From the NCBI GenBank assembly GCA_034670305.1, contig JAXMNT010000018.1, positions 73,071 to 137,070 on the forward strand: a DNA stretch of 64,000 bases, given 5' to 3'. The position numbers were made by a program, and so were the translations under genes. The notes under the pieces were generated by a model. It worked only from the letters and a program-made list of their open reading frames with translations, was not told the DNA's origin and ran no database searches. Source of the DNA: Deltaproteobacteria bacterium (GTDB lineage Bacteria > Myxococcota_A > Polyangia > Polyangiales > Houyiibacteriaceae). Positions 37,800 through 48,068 of the stretch are shown piece by piece. Position 1 is the stretch's first letter. Each line of letters starts with the position of its first letter.

Positions 37800-38624
37800 A
37801 TGGCTCGGAACTCAGATGGCTCGGGGAAGTCCAGGGCGACGAAATCGAAGGCTTCGAGCGCGAAGGCGAAGGCGTCGAAACCGGCGACGAAGGCGACTTC
37901 GAAACCGAAGCCGAAGGCGACGCCGAGGCCGACGCCGACGCCGAAGCCGAAGCCGACGCCGAAGCCGAAGCCGACGCCGAAGCCGAAGCCGAAGCCGAAG
38001 CCGACGCCGAAGCCGAAGCCGAAGCCGAAGCCGAAGCCGAAGCCGAAGGCGAAGGCGTCTGCCGCCTACCACCACGGCGACCTCAGGGCTGCGCTGCTCG
38101 ACGCGGCGCTCGAGGCGATCGCGGAGCGTGGGGTGGTGGGGCTCAGTCTTCGGGATTGTGCCCGGCGGCTGGGGGTGAGCCACGCGGCCCCCTACCGACA
38201 CTTTCCGGACAAGGACGCACTGCTGGTGGCGATCACCGAGCAGGGCTTCGGTATGTTGATCGAGGAGGCGTCGGAGGCCATGGCGGCGCACACCGAACCA
38301 GAGGCGCGGCTGGACGCGTACGGCGTGGCCTACGTGGAGTTCGCGGTCGCCCACCCTGCCCACCACCGGGTGATGTTCACTGGCAAGCTCGATGGGCCGA
38401 AGAACCCCGAGGAGAGCCCGAACGCGGTCCGCGCCTTCGAACTGCTCGTCGAGGGTGCCGCACCTTTGGTGCCCGCGGGCGAAGATCCCGTTGCGGCCGC
38501 GTTTGCGTTCTGGAGTCTGGTGCACGGCATCTCGATGCTCGTGCTGGACGGCCGGGTCCCGGAGGAACACCTCGGGGACATCGAAGCGCTGGTGCGCAAC
38601 AGCTTCGCGTACTGGCGCGCGTAG
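37800..38624 (+). CDS. TetR family regulator with a Lys/Pro/Ala-rich N-terminal tail
   Basis: [11 protein letters not shown]...[33 protein letters not shown]. Confidence 0.92.
   Translation: MARNSDGSGKSRATKSKASSAKAKASKPATKATSKPKPKATPRPTPTPKPKPTPKPKPTPKPKPKPKPTPKPKPKPKPKPKPKAKASAAYHHGDLRAALLDAALEAIAERGVVGLSLRDCARRLGVSHAAPYRHFPDKDALLVAITEQGFGMLIEEASEAMAAHTEPEARLDAYGVAYVEFAVAHPAHHRVMFTGKLDGPKNPEESPNAVRAFELLVEGAAPLVPAGEDPVAAAFAFWSLVHGISMLVLDGRVPEEHLGDIEALVRNSFAYWRA
37900..38055. repeat. Hexamer microsatellite (GAAGCC/GACGCC)n encoding PK/PT repeats
   Basis: Read directly from the sequence. Confidence 0.9.
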
Positions 38625-38827
38625 AACGGCGTCGTGCGTAAGCAGGGAAGACGCATGGGCCGAGATCGAAGGGCGTGACTTCGAGCACTGGAATCACACT
38701 GGGTGTCGCGAGGTGCGGAAGTCGGACGGCACCCCAAGCCCGTCGATGACATTCCAAAAGAAACGCCCCGGGCGCGATGGGCCCGAGGCGTTCAGGGTGG
38801 TGAACCGAGAGGAATCGAGGAACGTGT

Positions 38828-40123
38828 TCAGCAGGGGCCTTCGTGCTGCACGGAGATGCCGGCAGAGGTCGCCTGGCCCGCACAGTCGTAGGTCACCTCG
38901 TCGCAGCCGCAGACCTGCGGTTCGGTGTCCATGCAGGGAAGGCCGGGCGGGATGGGTCCGCACTCGCCCGGTCCGCCGCACATGCCGTCGGGGAAGAAGC
39001 AGTACTGGTCGCCGCATTCGGCGGTCGAGAAGCAGCCCTCCGCACAATCGCGGTGGTCTTCTTCGCAGGTCTCGAACGAGCGGTAGAGCAAGCTGCAGTC
39101 CGCGCCCACGCACTCGCATCCGGAGATCGACTCGCAGGTCGCGCCGTTCCACACGATGCCGAGCGGGAGTGCGCACTCACCTTCCGGCGCGGCCTCCATG
39201 GCATCGCAACTCGGCGCAGGTCCGCAGCGGCCCTCGTGGTCGATCGAGATGCCGTTCGACGTGGCCTGTCCGTGGCAGTCGTAGGTGACTCCGTCGCAAC
39301 CACACACCTCGGCATCCGAAGGACCGCAGGGGAGGCTCGGGGGGATGGGGCTGCATTCGCCTGGGCCGCCGCAGACGCCCTCCGCGAAGTAGCAGATGTC
39401 TCCGCCGCAATCGTCGTCCGAGTCACATCCCGTGGGTTCGATGCAGCTGGCGTAGTCGGCTTCGCACGCGGCGACGCTCTCGTAGGCCGCGGCGCAGTCC
39501 GCGCCTTCGCAGTCGCAACCGGAGTAGGACGTGCACGCGGTGCCGTTCCAGAAGATGCCGAACACCGCGGCGCACGCGCCGGTTCCGGTCGCGTCCTGGG
39601 CGGTGCATCCAGTCGGTGCGCAGCGGCCGTCGCGGTCGATCGACACGCCGGCGGAGATCGCGGCGGCGTCGCAGGCGTAGGTCTCCCCGTCGCACCCGCA
39701 CACCGGCTCGGCGGCCGGGTCGCACGGAAGCGAGGGCGGGATGGGGCTGCAGGTGCCCGGCGCGCCGCAAGCTCCGTCGGGGAAGAAGCAGCTCTCGGTC
39801 GCCCCGCAGTCGGTGTCGCTCGAACACTCGACGCAGGTGGTGAAGTCGGCTTCGCATTCGGCGATGGACGCGTAGAGATCGTCGCAGTCGTCGCCTTCGC
39901 ATTCGCATCCGGAGATCGAGACGCAGGCGGTCCCGTTCCAGACGACGCCGAGCGGGAGGGCGCACTCGCCCGAGGGGCTGGCGTCCTGACCGAGGCAGCT
40001 GCGCGACCCGCGGGTCGTCTGCAGCACCGGGCCGGAGGTGACGCATCCGCTGACCGGGATGGCGACGAGGAAGGCGAAGGCCAACGCGGGCGCGACGCTC
40101 GAGGAGTGGGTGATCCGTTTCAT
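38828..40123 (-). CDS. Cys-rich lipoprotein with three Kazal-like modules
   Basis: Lipobox VSGC; three repeats of WNG.C...SGC.C.G.DC and PVCGCDG.TY.C. Confidence 0.82.
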   Translation of the reverse strand: MKRITHSSSVAPALAFAFLVAIPVSGCVTSGPVLQTTRGSRSCLGQDASPSGECALPLGVVWNGTACVSISGCECEGDDCDDLYASIAECEADFTTCVECSSDTDCGATESCFFPDGACGAPGTCSPIPPSLPCDPAAEPVCGCDGETYACDAAAISAGVSIDRDGRCAPTGCTAQDATGTGACAAVFGIFWNGTACTSYSGCDCEGADCAAAYESVAACEADYASCIEPTGCDSDDDCGGDICYFAEGVCGGPGECSPIPPSLPCGPSDAEVCGCDGVTYDCHGQATSNGISIDHEGRCGPAPSCDAMEAAPEGECALPLGIVWNGATCESISGCECVGADCSLLYRSFETCEEDHRDCAEGCFSTAECGDQYCFFPDGMCGGPGECGPIPPGLPCMDTEPQVCGCDEVTYDCAGQATSAGISVQHEGPC

Positions 40124-40187
40124 GAAAAGTCAGTTCCGCGAGTCGGCTGGACCGGCTCAGCCGCACTCAAGAATTCGTTTGATGCGC

Positions 40188-41405
40188 TCACCGGTGGTGC
40201 GCCCATGAGAGGCCGACGAGGAGGCCGACGCGCGGACCGATCTGTCCAGTGACGCGTCGCTCGTCTGCGCGGGCGTCGACGCCGAGGATGGAGGCGCCGA
40301 CCTCGGGCGCGACGAGGATCCACGTGCGGCCGACTTGGAACCGGAACCGCGCGTCGAGCACGACGGTGAGCTGCGGCGCGTCCAAGGTGCCGCCGACCAC
40401 CCCTTCGGCGCTCGGCGATCCGCGCGCGCGCAAGAAGCCCGCGTCCACACGCAGGCCGACCGCGCGCGATCGGGTGGCGGTTTCGCTCGCGTACCGGAGC
40501 GCCGCAGCGGCGACGATGCCGCCGACCCACACGTCGCCGAGATCGTCCGGCGCCCATCCGGTGATGCCCGCGAGCTCGACGCCGATGCGCAACGAGGCGC
40601 CGATCGGTGCGGAGAAACCGAGGCGGAGCTCGGCCGCCGCGTACGACGCGACGGGGTAGAGGTGGATGCCGAGCGCGACGTCGAAGAAGCGGGCGGGTTC
40701 GACCTCTTCGTCTCCGCCCGAGGGAACCGAGCCGGCGTTTCCGCGGCCGCGTACCTCTCGGCCCTGTGCGTCCTGGAACTGAGCGTCCCGGTCCTGTGCG
40801 TCCTGTGCGTCTCGGTCTTGTGCACCTCCGTCCTGTGGGTCGTGTGTGTCCGCTGCGCCCGGCCCCACGTCCGAGGTTCCCTCGCCACTTCCGTGCGCGG
40901 TTTCGACGGACGATGACGCGCCGAAACGTTGCCACCCTTCGCGGATGCGTTCGGAAAGCGCGACCGCGAGGATGCGAGGCTGATCAGGGGAGGGCGGTCC
41001 GACCTCGAGCACCCCGTCGATGGATTGGCCCGTGCCTCCGTGGACCAACGTGAACTCGGCCAACGAGGACGTGTGCATGCCCGACTCGCAGTACACGACG
41101 AACCGGAGGTCTGCGTGTTCGGGACCGGCGGATGCGATGCGGTCCTCGAATCGGCTGTCGCCTTCGACCAGGTCGCCGCCCATGGTGCGCAGTTCCACGC
41201 GCAGCGCGTGGGTGAGCGCCGCCAGATCGATCGCCCCGCCACACGCCATCCCGAACAGACGCAGCTGTGCAGGCACCGCGCTGCTGGCTGCACCCGGTGG
41301 CACCGCATGCCTCGCTGGCACCGCGCCGTTCTGTGCGCGCGCCGGTGAAGGGGCCACGATCGGACACAAGAGCAGCGAGAGCACGCACGACACGCGACAC
41401 AGCAC
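40188..41405 (-). CDS. Secreted/outer-membrane protein of the ECF-FecR operon
   Basis: Signal-like N-terminus, RDAQD repeats, beta-strand-rich C-terminus; start uncertain. Confidence 0.65.
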   Translation of the reverse strand: MLCRVSCVLSLLLCPIVAPSPARAQNGAVPARHAVPPGAASSAVPAQLRLFGMACGGAIDLAALTHALRVELRTMGGDLVEGDSRFEDRIASAGPEHADLRFVVYCESGMHTSSLAEFTLVHGGTGQSIDGVLEVGPPSPDQPRILAVALSERIREGWQRFGASSSVETAHGSGEGTSDVGPGAADTHDPQDGGAQDRDAQDAQDRDAQFQDAQGREVRGRGNAGSVPSGGDEEVEPARFFDVALGIHLYPVASYAAAELRLGFSAPIGASLRIGVELAGITGWAPDDLGDVWVGGIVAAAALRYASETATRSRAVGLRVDAGFLRARGSPSAEGVVGGTLDAPQLTVVLDARFRFQVGRTWILVAPEVGASILGVDARADERRVTGQIGPRVGLLVGLSWAHHR

Positions 41406-41412
41406 GCGGCGG

Positions 41413-42648
41413 TCAGTCCGGAGAATCGTCCTCGGGTCCTTCCATCGTGCCGAGCCTATCCGGGAACCGGCGGGCCTGTTCCCGCTGGAGTGCGTCCACT
41501 CGGTCGGCATGACCGGCGCGGCGGTGGGCTTCGATCAACCGGGAGAGCAGCGCGGCCTGCAATCGATCGGGCACCCGGAGCGTGCGGGCTTCTTCCAGCC
41601 AGCGCACCGCGTGCGAGGGTTGGTCGAGCGCGTCGAGGTGGAGCCGTCCGAGCGTGAACGCGGCGAGACCCGCGCGCGCATCGGTCTCGTGCTCTTCCAC
41701 GATCCGGGAGAGCGGCTCGACCGCGAGACGGGGGTGGCCGCTGAGCCGCGCGGTGTCGCTGAGCGAGAAGAGCTCTTCCACCGACGCGGGCCCACGGCTG
41801 CGACGCGCGAGTTCGTCCGCGCCGAGCGACTCGAACGCCCGGTTGTAGTCGCCGCGCTCCGCGAAGCGGTGCCATGGCTCGCGCGCGGCCTGTCGTGGCA
41901 GCTCGTCGCCAAGTCGCGGCGACATCTCGTCCCCGATCTCTGGGCGGCCGCCTTCCAGCTCGACGACGTCTGGGTCGAGCGCCTCTGGGTTCCGGAGGTG
42001 GGGGGCTGCTTCCAACGCGTCCCGGGCGTCTTGGCCTGCAACCGAGTCTCCGCTCCGCGCGGCCTCCACGACGACGGAGTCGCCCGCCCGCAGTGTGCGC
42101 ATGCCGCCGGGTACCAGCGCACCATGCACCAGGACCACGCCGCGTTCGACCTCCACGCGGGTTCGGGACGGGTTGCGATCGACCGTGAACTTCGTGCCGA
42201 CGACGTCGATCTCGACATCGCCGAGGTCGATGGTCCAGCGCCGCGGGCCATGCGGCTGCACGTGGTAGGTCGCTTGCCCGTCGCCTTGCACCAGGCGCAA
42301 CCGCGACGCGGTGTTCTCCACCGTCTCGATGCGGGTACCCGCGGACAAAGAGAGCACCGACCCGTCGGCTAGCGGGAGCTCCTGGGGGCCAACCTCTGCG
42401 GTCAGAACGGAGCCGTTGGTGCGTTCGATCGGGCCGCCGGCGTGCGGCCAGCTGAGCCAGAGCACCAACACCGCGGCCGCGGCGACGGCGGCGAGCGGTG
42501 CGGCCCACCGGCGGACACGCGGGAGCCGCCGGGTCGCATGGACCCGGCGCCGCACCCGTTCGAGGGAGGCTTGATCGACCGGGTCGTCGAGCCACTCGGC
42601 CAGCGGTGCTCGTTCTGGAAGTCGCCGTGTGTCGAGCTCGGGCGTCAT
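41413..42648 (-). CDS. FecR-domain anti-sigma factor with C-terminal TPR
   Basis: TM helix, LADGSVLSL, VVGTKFTV, VEVERGVVLV, AAFTLGRL. Confidence 0.85.
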   Translation of the reverse strand: MTPELDTRRLPERAPLAEWLDDPVDQASLERVRRRVHATRRLPRVRRWAAPLAAVAAAAVLVLWLSWPHAGGPIERTNGSVLTAEVGPQELPLADGSVLSLSAGTRIETVENTASRLRLVQGDGQATYHVQPHGPRRWTIDLGDVEIDVVGTKFTVDRNPSRTRVEVERGVVLVHGALVPGGMRTLRAGDSVVVEAARSGDSVAGQDARDALEAAPHLRNPEALDPDVVELEGGRPEIGDEMSPRLGDELPRQAAREPWHRFAERGDYNRAFESLGADELARRSRGPASVEELFSLSDTARLSGHPRLAVEPLSRIVEEHETDARAGLAAFTLGRLHLDALDQPSHAVRWLEEARTLRVPDRLQAALLSRLIEAHRRAGHADRVDALQREQARRFPDRLGTMEGPEDDSPD

Positions 42649-43268
42649 GTCTCTTCTCCTGCATCCACCTGGAGCACTCCGTCCATGGCGCGTTGGGCCG
42701 CGGCGATGCGGCGTTTGGCGGTGGCGAGCGAACAGCCGCAGATCGCACCGACCTCGGTCAGTCGATGGCCTTCGACGAACCGCAGCATCCACGCGATGCG
42801 CTGATCGGCCGGCAGCCGCTGCAACACGCCGTCGACGATGGCCAAGTCGGCCCGCATCTCGGGGCTCACCCGCGAAGACGCGAGCCGCTCCAGACTTCCA
42901 TCGTCCGGCGCCGGCAAGAGCCCGAGCCGTCGGCGAAGCCGCCGCCGCCGAATGCACCGCCGCACCCGCACCACCGCGATGCGCATCAGCCACGGCCGAA
43001 ACGCATCCGGATCCCGCAGCTGACCGAGCTTCTCGAACGCGGCGACGAAACTGTCGTGCAGGATGTCTTCGGTCTCTTGTTGGGAGCCCATCAGCCGGGT
43101 GATGAGCCCCGCCACGGGGCGCGCGTAGCGGCGGTAGAGCGCGTCCTCGGCCGCGACCTCGCGTTCGAGCGCACGGCGCACCAGGTCGCCATCGGCGATG
43201 GACACCACCTCGGCCCCGCCTCCAGGCGGAACCGCGTGCAGCACATGTCTCCGTTTCGCATCGCCCAT
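42645..43268 (-). CDS. ECF RNA polymerase sigma factor
   Basis: EDILHDSFVAAF, FRPWLMRIA, region 4 CGCSLATAKRRI. Confidence 0.9.
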   Translation of the reverse strand: MGDAKRRHVLHAVPPGGGAEVVSIADGDLVRRALEREVAAEDALYRRYARPVAGLITRLMGSQQETEDILHDSFVAAFEKLGQLRDPDAFRPWLMRIAVVRVRRCIRRRRLRRRLGLLPAPDDGSLERLASSRVSPEMRADLAIVDGVLQRLPADQRIAWMLRFVEGHRLTEVGAICGCSLATAKRRIAAAQRAMDGVLQVDAGEET

Positions 43269-43457
43269 CCCAGGTCAGTTCCACGACGAGCCCAAACCGG
43301 CTCACCCCGCCCACCGATTGTCCGCCAAGACCGCGCACCACGCAGCCCGCCGCCGATCGACCCCCGTTTCGACCGGCCAGGTGCGTATCCAGAGCCCAGC
43401 ACGGTCATGGGTCCGCGCTCGGTTGCGCAAAACGGCTGGGATCGCGATGCTCTTGGC

Positions 43458-45128
43458 ATGACGAAGACTTGGGTGGGTGTTTTCGTCGTCTTTTTCGCGT
43501 GCGCGTGTGGGGATGACGACTCGACTGGGGATGCGGGCGCGGACGGTTCCGTCGACACAGGGGGGACCGGCGACTGCGCCCGGACCTGCGACGACGGGCT
43601 CTTCTGCAACGGCAACGAACGCTGCGACCGTTCGTCACCGGACGCGGATGCGGACGGGTGTGTCGCCGGTGCCGCGGCCTGCGAAGGCGTCTGTGACGAG
43701 GCCGAAGACCGTTGTGAGACCGGTTGCGCAGACGCCGACGAAGACGGCGCCTTCGACATCGCCTGCGGCGGAGACGATTGCGACGACGCGGATCCGAACC
43801 GGTTCCCTGAGAACGTAGAGATCTGCGATGCGGCCGGCTTCGACGAGGACTGCGACCCGACCACGCTCGGGGACGACGCCGATGGGGACGGATTCGTCGA
43901 CGACGAGTGCTGCAACGGCGACGAGTGCGGCACCGACTGCGACGACACCCGCGCGGGCGTGAACCCGTCGGCGGCGGACGGCTGCGGTGGTGGCGACGAG
44001 GACTGCGACGGCGACTTCGACGAAGAGCCGGACTCGGTCTTCTTTCGAGACCAAGACGACGACACCTACGGCGACGACGACGACACGGTGAACGCGTGCG
44101 CACTCCCGATGGGATACGCCGCTCGCGGCGGCGACTGCTCGGACGACCCGTTCATGGACCCAGAGGCGTTCGAGGTGCATCCGGGTGTGATCGAGATCTG
44201 CAACCTGACCGACGACGACTGCGACCTCTCGATCGACGAAGGGCTCACCTGCGACTGCGACGAGCCTGGGATGGAACAGGCCTGCGGGTTCGACCCAACG
44301 TTGGACGGCATCGGGATCTGCCGGCTCGGCACCCAGACCTGTCTCCCGGAAGGCAGCTTCTCCACGTGCGCGGGTGCGACGCCGCCCCTCGAGGACGAGG
44401 TCTGCAACCTGGACGACGACGACTGCGACGGCGTCGTGGACGAGGGCGCGGTGGTGACCTGCTTCGACGACCCGGACGGCGACGGGTTCGCCGTGCGGGG
44501 TGCCGCTTCCAACGACGAGTGCGCGTGCCCCGTCGGCACCACTTCGGTCAACCCAGCCGACAGCGAGGATTGCGACGAAGGAAACGCATCGGTTCACCCC
44601 GGAGCCACCGAGGTCTGCAACCGGATCGACGACGACTGCAGCAGCGGCGGTGGCACGTTGACGGCCGAGGACCGGGACGACGACGGCCACACGGATGTGG
44701 ACTACGTCGGCTGCACCGGCGGCTTCCCGGTGGACGATTGCAACGACTTCGACGGCCGCGTGTTCCCTGGGCAGACGATGTACTTCACGGTGCCGATCTG
44801 TTTGCCCACCCTCTGCGCCTGCGGCTCGGCCTGCAACCCGCGCGGACCGATCGGGACCTGTCCGATGTGCCCCTCGGGGGCCAACGGGAGCGTCGGGGGC
44901 ACCTACGATTTCGACTGCAATGGGAGCCAGGACCCGCAGCCTTCGGCAGCCAGTTGTTCTTCGTGTATGCCCACCGATCCACCGACCGCGTGTCTCGGAT
45001 CCGGGCCCAGCTACTCCACGGCCCCCCGCTGCGGCAACAACGTGAGTTGGCAGCACTGCGGAACCGGCGACTGCGGCGCGTGTTCCGGTGCCATGTCCCC
45101 CACCTTGCAACCGCTCCCCTGCCGCTGA
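43458..45128 (+). CDS. Cys/Asp-rich lipoprotein with putative metal-binding (MopE-like) repeats
   Basis: ACGDDD lipobox; DCDD...PGA.EVCN..DDDC repeats. Confidence 0.82.
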   Translation: MTKTWVGVFVVFFACACGDDDSTGDAGADGSVDTGGTGDCARTCDDGLFCNGNERCDRSSPDADADGCVAGAAACEGVCDEAEDRCETGCADADEDGAFDIACGGDDCDDADPNRFPENVEICDAAGFDEDCDPTTLGDDADGDGFVDDECCNGDECGTDCDDTRAGVNPSAADGCGGGDEDCDGDFDEEPDSVFFRDQDDDTYGDDDDTVNACALPMGYAARGGDCSDDPFMDPEAFEVHPGVIEICNLTDDDCDLSIDEGLTCDCDEPGMEQACGFDPTLDGIGICRLGTQTCLPEGSFSTCAGATPPLEDEVCNLDDDDCDGVVDEGAVVTCFDDPDGDGFAVRGAASNDECACPVGTTSVNPADSEDCDEGNASVHPGATEVCNRIDDDCSSGGGTLTAEDRDDDGHTDVDYVGCTGGFPVDDCNDFDGRVFPGQTMYFTVPICLPTLCACGSACNPRGPIGTCPMCPSGANGSVGGTYDFDCNGSQDPQPSAASCSSCMPTDPPTACLGSGPSYSTAPRCGNNVSWQHCGTGDCGACSGAMSPTLQPLPCR

Positions 45129-45171
45129 CTCGTGCGCTCGATCGGGCGTCCGCCGCTGCTACGGTCACCCG

Positions 45172-46443
45172 ATGATGCGTTGCGCGCTTGGGTGGTCTCT
45201 CGTCTTGGCCCTGGTCGGGTGTGGGGACGACGATGGGTCAGTTCTCGATGCGGGGAGCGACGCCACCGTGGATGCGGCCACGGGAGATGTTGGGATCCCG
45301 GAGGATGCTTCGACCGGTGACGCGTCCGATGTGGACTCTGGCGTCGACGGCGGCGTGGATGCGGCGGTGGAAGTCGTGGCGCCCTGTCCGCGGGCGTTGC
45401 GCGACGACTCCGCGGCGCGGCACGTGGTGATCGGACACCCGTTCGCGGCGGCGGGCGTCGATGGCACCGAGTACGAGGTGTTTGGCGTCGACGCCGAAAC
45501 CGGCAACTTGGTCGATCTCGGGATCCGGTTCGACATGGGGACCGGCAGCGATGGGGAGATCGCGTTCACGCCAGACGGTGCGCTCGGATTCGTGGCGCAG
45601 AAAGACGGGACGGTCGGCGTGTTCACGCTCGACGATCTGGGCGACCCCGTGGTGATCGACGCCGCGTTCTCGGATGGGTTCTACGCGAGCGGGGTGGTGT
45701 TCGATCCAGCCGGGTACCTGTACGTGCTCGACGCCCAGTTCCGGGAATCGGGCGGCGGCATTCATCGGGTGCCGATCGGTTGCGATGGGGAACTCGGCGC
45801 GGCGGAGCACCTGGTCCCGGCGCGGCTTGCGTACGGACTCCAGCTCGACGGTTCTCAGCAGGGCTGGCTCTTCAGCAAAGACGCGCTCGACGAACCGCTC
45901 GGCGACGATGTGCGCGAGGTCGACCTCACGACACCGGAAGTGCGCGGCGGCCAGGACGCGTTCGTGGACGACGACTGGATCGGCGCGGGCTTCGCGGTGA
46001 ACCTCGGCGGCAGCCATGCGTTCCTCGGCGACAACGCCGCGTTCGGGGAGGGTGGCGATCGGGTCGCGGTGGTCAACCTCGCGGGGGGCGGGGTGCAGGG
46101 GCTGACGATCGAGGACCCGGTGTCGATCGCGGTCTCGCCGTTCGAGGATCGGGTGATCTTCGTGAGCGGGTTCGGCAACGCGATCTTCGAAGCGGCGTTC
46201 GACTCGGCGGCGGCCACGCCGGTCGGGGCGGCGACCGAGTTGAGTTACGTCGGTGCGCGGCCGGCGCTCCCGAGCGAAGCGGTGGTCATCGAGCGGGGCG
46301 CCCACATCGGCCTGACGTTTGTGGCGGAGAACGTTTCGATCCGGCGGCTGCAGTTCTCGGAGGGCGCGGTGGTGGATCTGGGCGCGTTCGCGGTGGGCGA
46401 AGGCATCCCGGCCATCGTCGGCGCGATCGGCGTGCAGCCCTAA
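45172..46443 (+). CDS. Beta-propeller lipoprotein
   Basis: LVGCGDDD; IAFTPDG, VVFDPAG, IAVSP blades. Confidence 0.75.
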   Translation: MMRCALGWSLVLALVGCGDDDGSVLDAGSDATVDAATGDVGIPEDASTGDASDVDSGVDGGVDAAVEVVAPCPRALRDDSAARHVVIGHPFAAAGVDGTEYEVFGVDAETGNLVDLGIRFDMGTGSDGEIAFTPDGALGFVAQKDGTVGVFTLDDLGDPVVIDAAFSDGFYASGVVFDPAGYLYVLDAQFRESGGGIHRVPIGCDGELGAAEHLVPARLAYGLQLDGSQQGWLFSKDALDEPLGDDVREVDLTTPEVRGGQDAFVDDDWIGAGFAVNLGGSHAFLGDNAAFGEGGDRVAVVNLAGGGVQGLTIEDPVSIAVSPFEDRVIFVSGFGNAIFEAAFDSAAATPVGAATELSYVGARPALPSEAVVIERGAHIGLTFVAENVSIRRLQFSEGAVVDLGAFAVGEGIPAIVGAIGVQP

Positions 46444-46547
46444 GAGCGACCGCTCGCCTGGAGCACGGATGCACGCCGCACATCGGCGTTGTGCGCTGTG
46501 ACATCGCACAGGTGCTGAACCGAACCGTGTCGGGCACACTGCGCGGC

Positions 46548-47846
46548 ATGACCGACTTCCCGATGAAACGTCGCCGCTTCGTAGGCGGTGGTCTGGCGAC
46601 CTTGGCGAGCGCACTCGCCGCTCCTTCGTTCGGCTGCGGCGACGACGACGCGCCGCTCCCCGACGTGGGCATGAGCGACGGCGGCATGGAAGCGGATGCG
46701 AGCATCTTCGACGCCGGCACCGACGCCGGGCCGACGATGTTTCGGGAGCGGACCATCCCCGCCGCGCCGCCGCTCCGATCGCTCATCGGCGACGTGGGTG
46801 CGCTCGGCGAACCGGACGCGCTCGGCATCCGGCTTCCGCCCGGCTTCACGTCCAAGCTCATTGCGTCGAGCGGCGCGATGGTCGAAGGCACCTCGCACAC
46901 TTGGCACCAGTTCCCGGACGGTGGCGCGACCTTCCGGACCGAAGACCTCGGCTGGATCTACACCTCGAACTCCGAGATGCCGCTCGTCGGTGGCGTGGGT
47001 GCGGTTCGGTTCGATGCGGACGGTGCGCTCGTCGACGCCTATCCGATCCTCACGCGCTCCAACGTCAACTGTGCGGGCGGGCCGACGCCCTGGCACACGT
47101 GGCTCTCGGGCGAAGAGGTCACCCAAGGGCGCGTGTTCGAATGCGACCCTTGGGGCGAGCAGACCGCCGCGGTTCGTCCGGCGCTCGGGGTCTTCAAACA
47201 CGAAGCGGTCGCGGTCGATCCGATCCGAAACCACCTCTACCTGACCGAAGACGACTCCACCGGCGGGTTCTACCGCTACGTCCCAGCCGGGATGACGCCG
47301 CTTGGTTTTCCGGATCTGACGACAGGCCGGCTCGAGATCGCCATTGTGGACGGTGAAGGACACGTGACCTGGGCGGAGGTCCCCGACCCGACTCGGAGCG
47401 GCGGCGTCGACACCCAGTCGCAGGTCGCGGAGAGCACCGCGTTCAGTGGCGGCGAAGGCATCTGGTTCCACGACGAAGTGATCTACTTCACCACCAAGGG
47501 CGACACTCGGGTGTGGGCGTACGCGGTCGACACCTCGATGTTGACCGTGCTCTACGACGGCCGGGCGGTGATGGACCCGCCCCTGACCGGCGTCGACAAC
47601 CTCGTGGTCTCGTGCTGCGGGGATGTGCTCGTCGCGGAGGACGGAGGCTCGATGCAGATCGTCACCATCCTCCCGGACGGAGAGCTCGTGCCCATGCTCC
47701 AGGTCGTCGGCCAAGACCGTTCGGAGATCACCGGACCGGCGTTCGATCCCAGCGGCACCCGGCTCTACTTCAGCTCGCAGCGCGGCGGCGAAGAAGGCCG
47801 CGGCCTGACCTACGAAATCACCGGCCCCTTCCACGAACCCGCCTGA
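46548..47846 (+). CDS. phoX: PhoX-family alkaline phosphatase (Tat-exported)
   Basis: KRRRF signal; NSE, NCAGGPTPWHTWLSGEE, HEAVAVD, YLTED, DNL, AEDG, EITGPAF. Confidence 0.88.
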   Translation: MTDFPMKRRRFVGGGLATLASALAAPSFGCGDDDAPLPDVGMSDGGMEADASIFDAGTDAGPTMFRERTIPAAPPLRSLIGDVGALGEPDALGIRLPPGFTSKLIASSGAMVEGTSHTWHQFPDGGATFRTEDLGWIYTSNSEMPLVGGVGAVRFDADGALVDAYPILTRSNVNCAGGPTPWHTWLSGEEVTQGRVFECDPWGEQTAAVRPALGVFKHEAVAVDPIRNHLYLTEDDSTGGFYRYVPAGMTPLGFPDLTTGRLEIAIVDGEGHVTWAEVPDPTRSGGVDTQSQVAESTAFSGGEGIWFHDEVIYFTTKGDTRVWAYAVDTSMLTVLYDGRAVMDPPLTGVDNLVVSCCGDVLVAEDGGSMQIVTILPDGELVPMLQVVGQDRSEITGPAFDPSGTRLYFSSQRGGEEGRGLTYEITGPFHEPA

Positions 47847-48068
47847 GGCCGTTCTCCAACGGGGCCGTTGGCGGCCGACCACAAGTGTGGCGGGTGTGCC
47901 GCGATCTGTTTGCGCTCGTGAACCTCGGTTCACGGCTCGTGACCAGCCTGCGCGACCCAGAAACGGCGGGTGGAGGGGCGTTTGGAGACTTTCTCGGACG
48001 ATTTGCCGCTTGGGCCTACTCTGGAGGCCTTGGCACGGATCGTGGATCGTTGTGCCCCACCAGAGGAC

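Noticed and set aside
37463-38641. ORF with an (AE)n repeat
   Set aside because: Alternative frame of the TetR microsatellite; only the PK frame leads into the HTH
48031-48046. Sigma-54-like TGGCACGGATCGTGGA before gene 48069
   Set aside because: The -12 element is GG rather than GC; too weak to call
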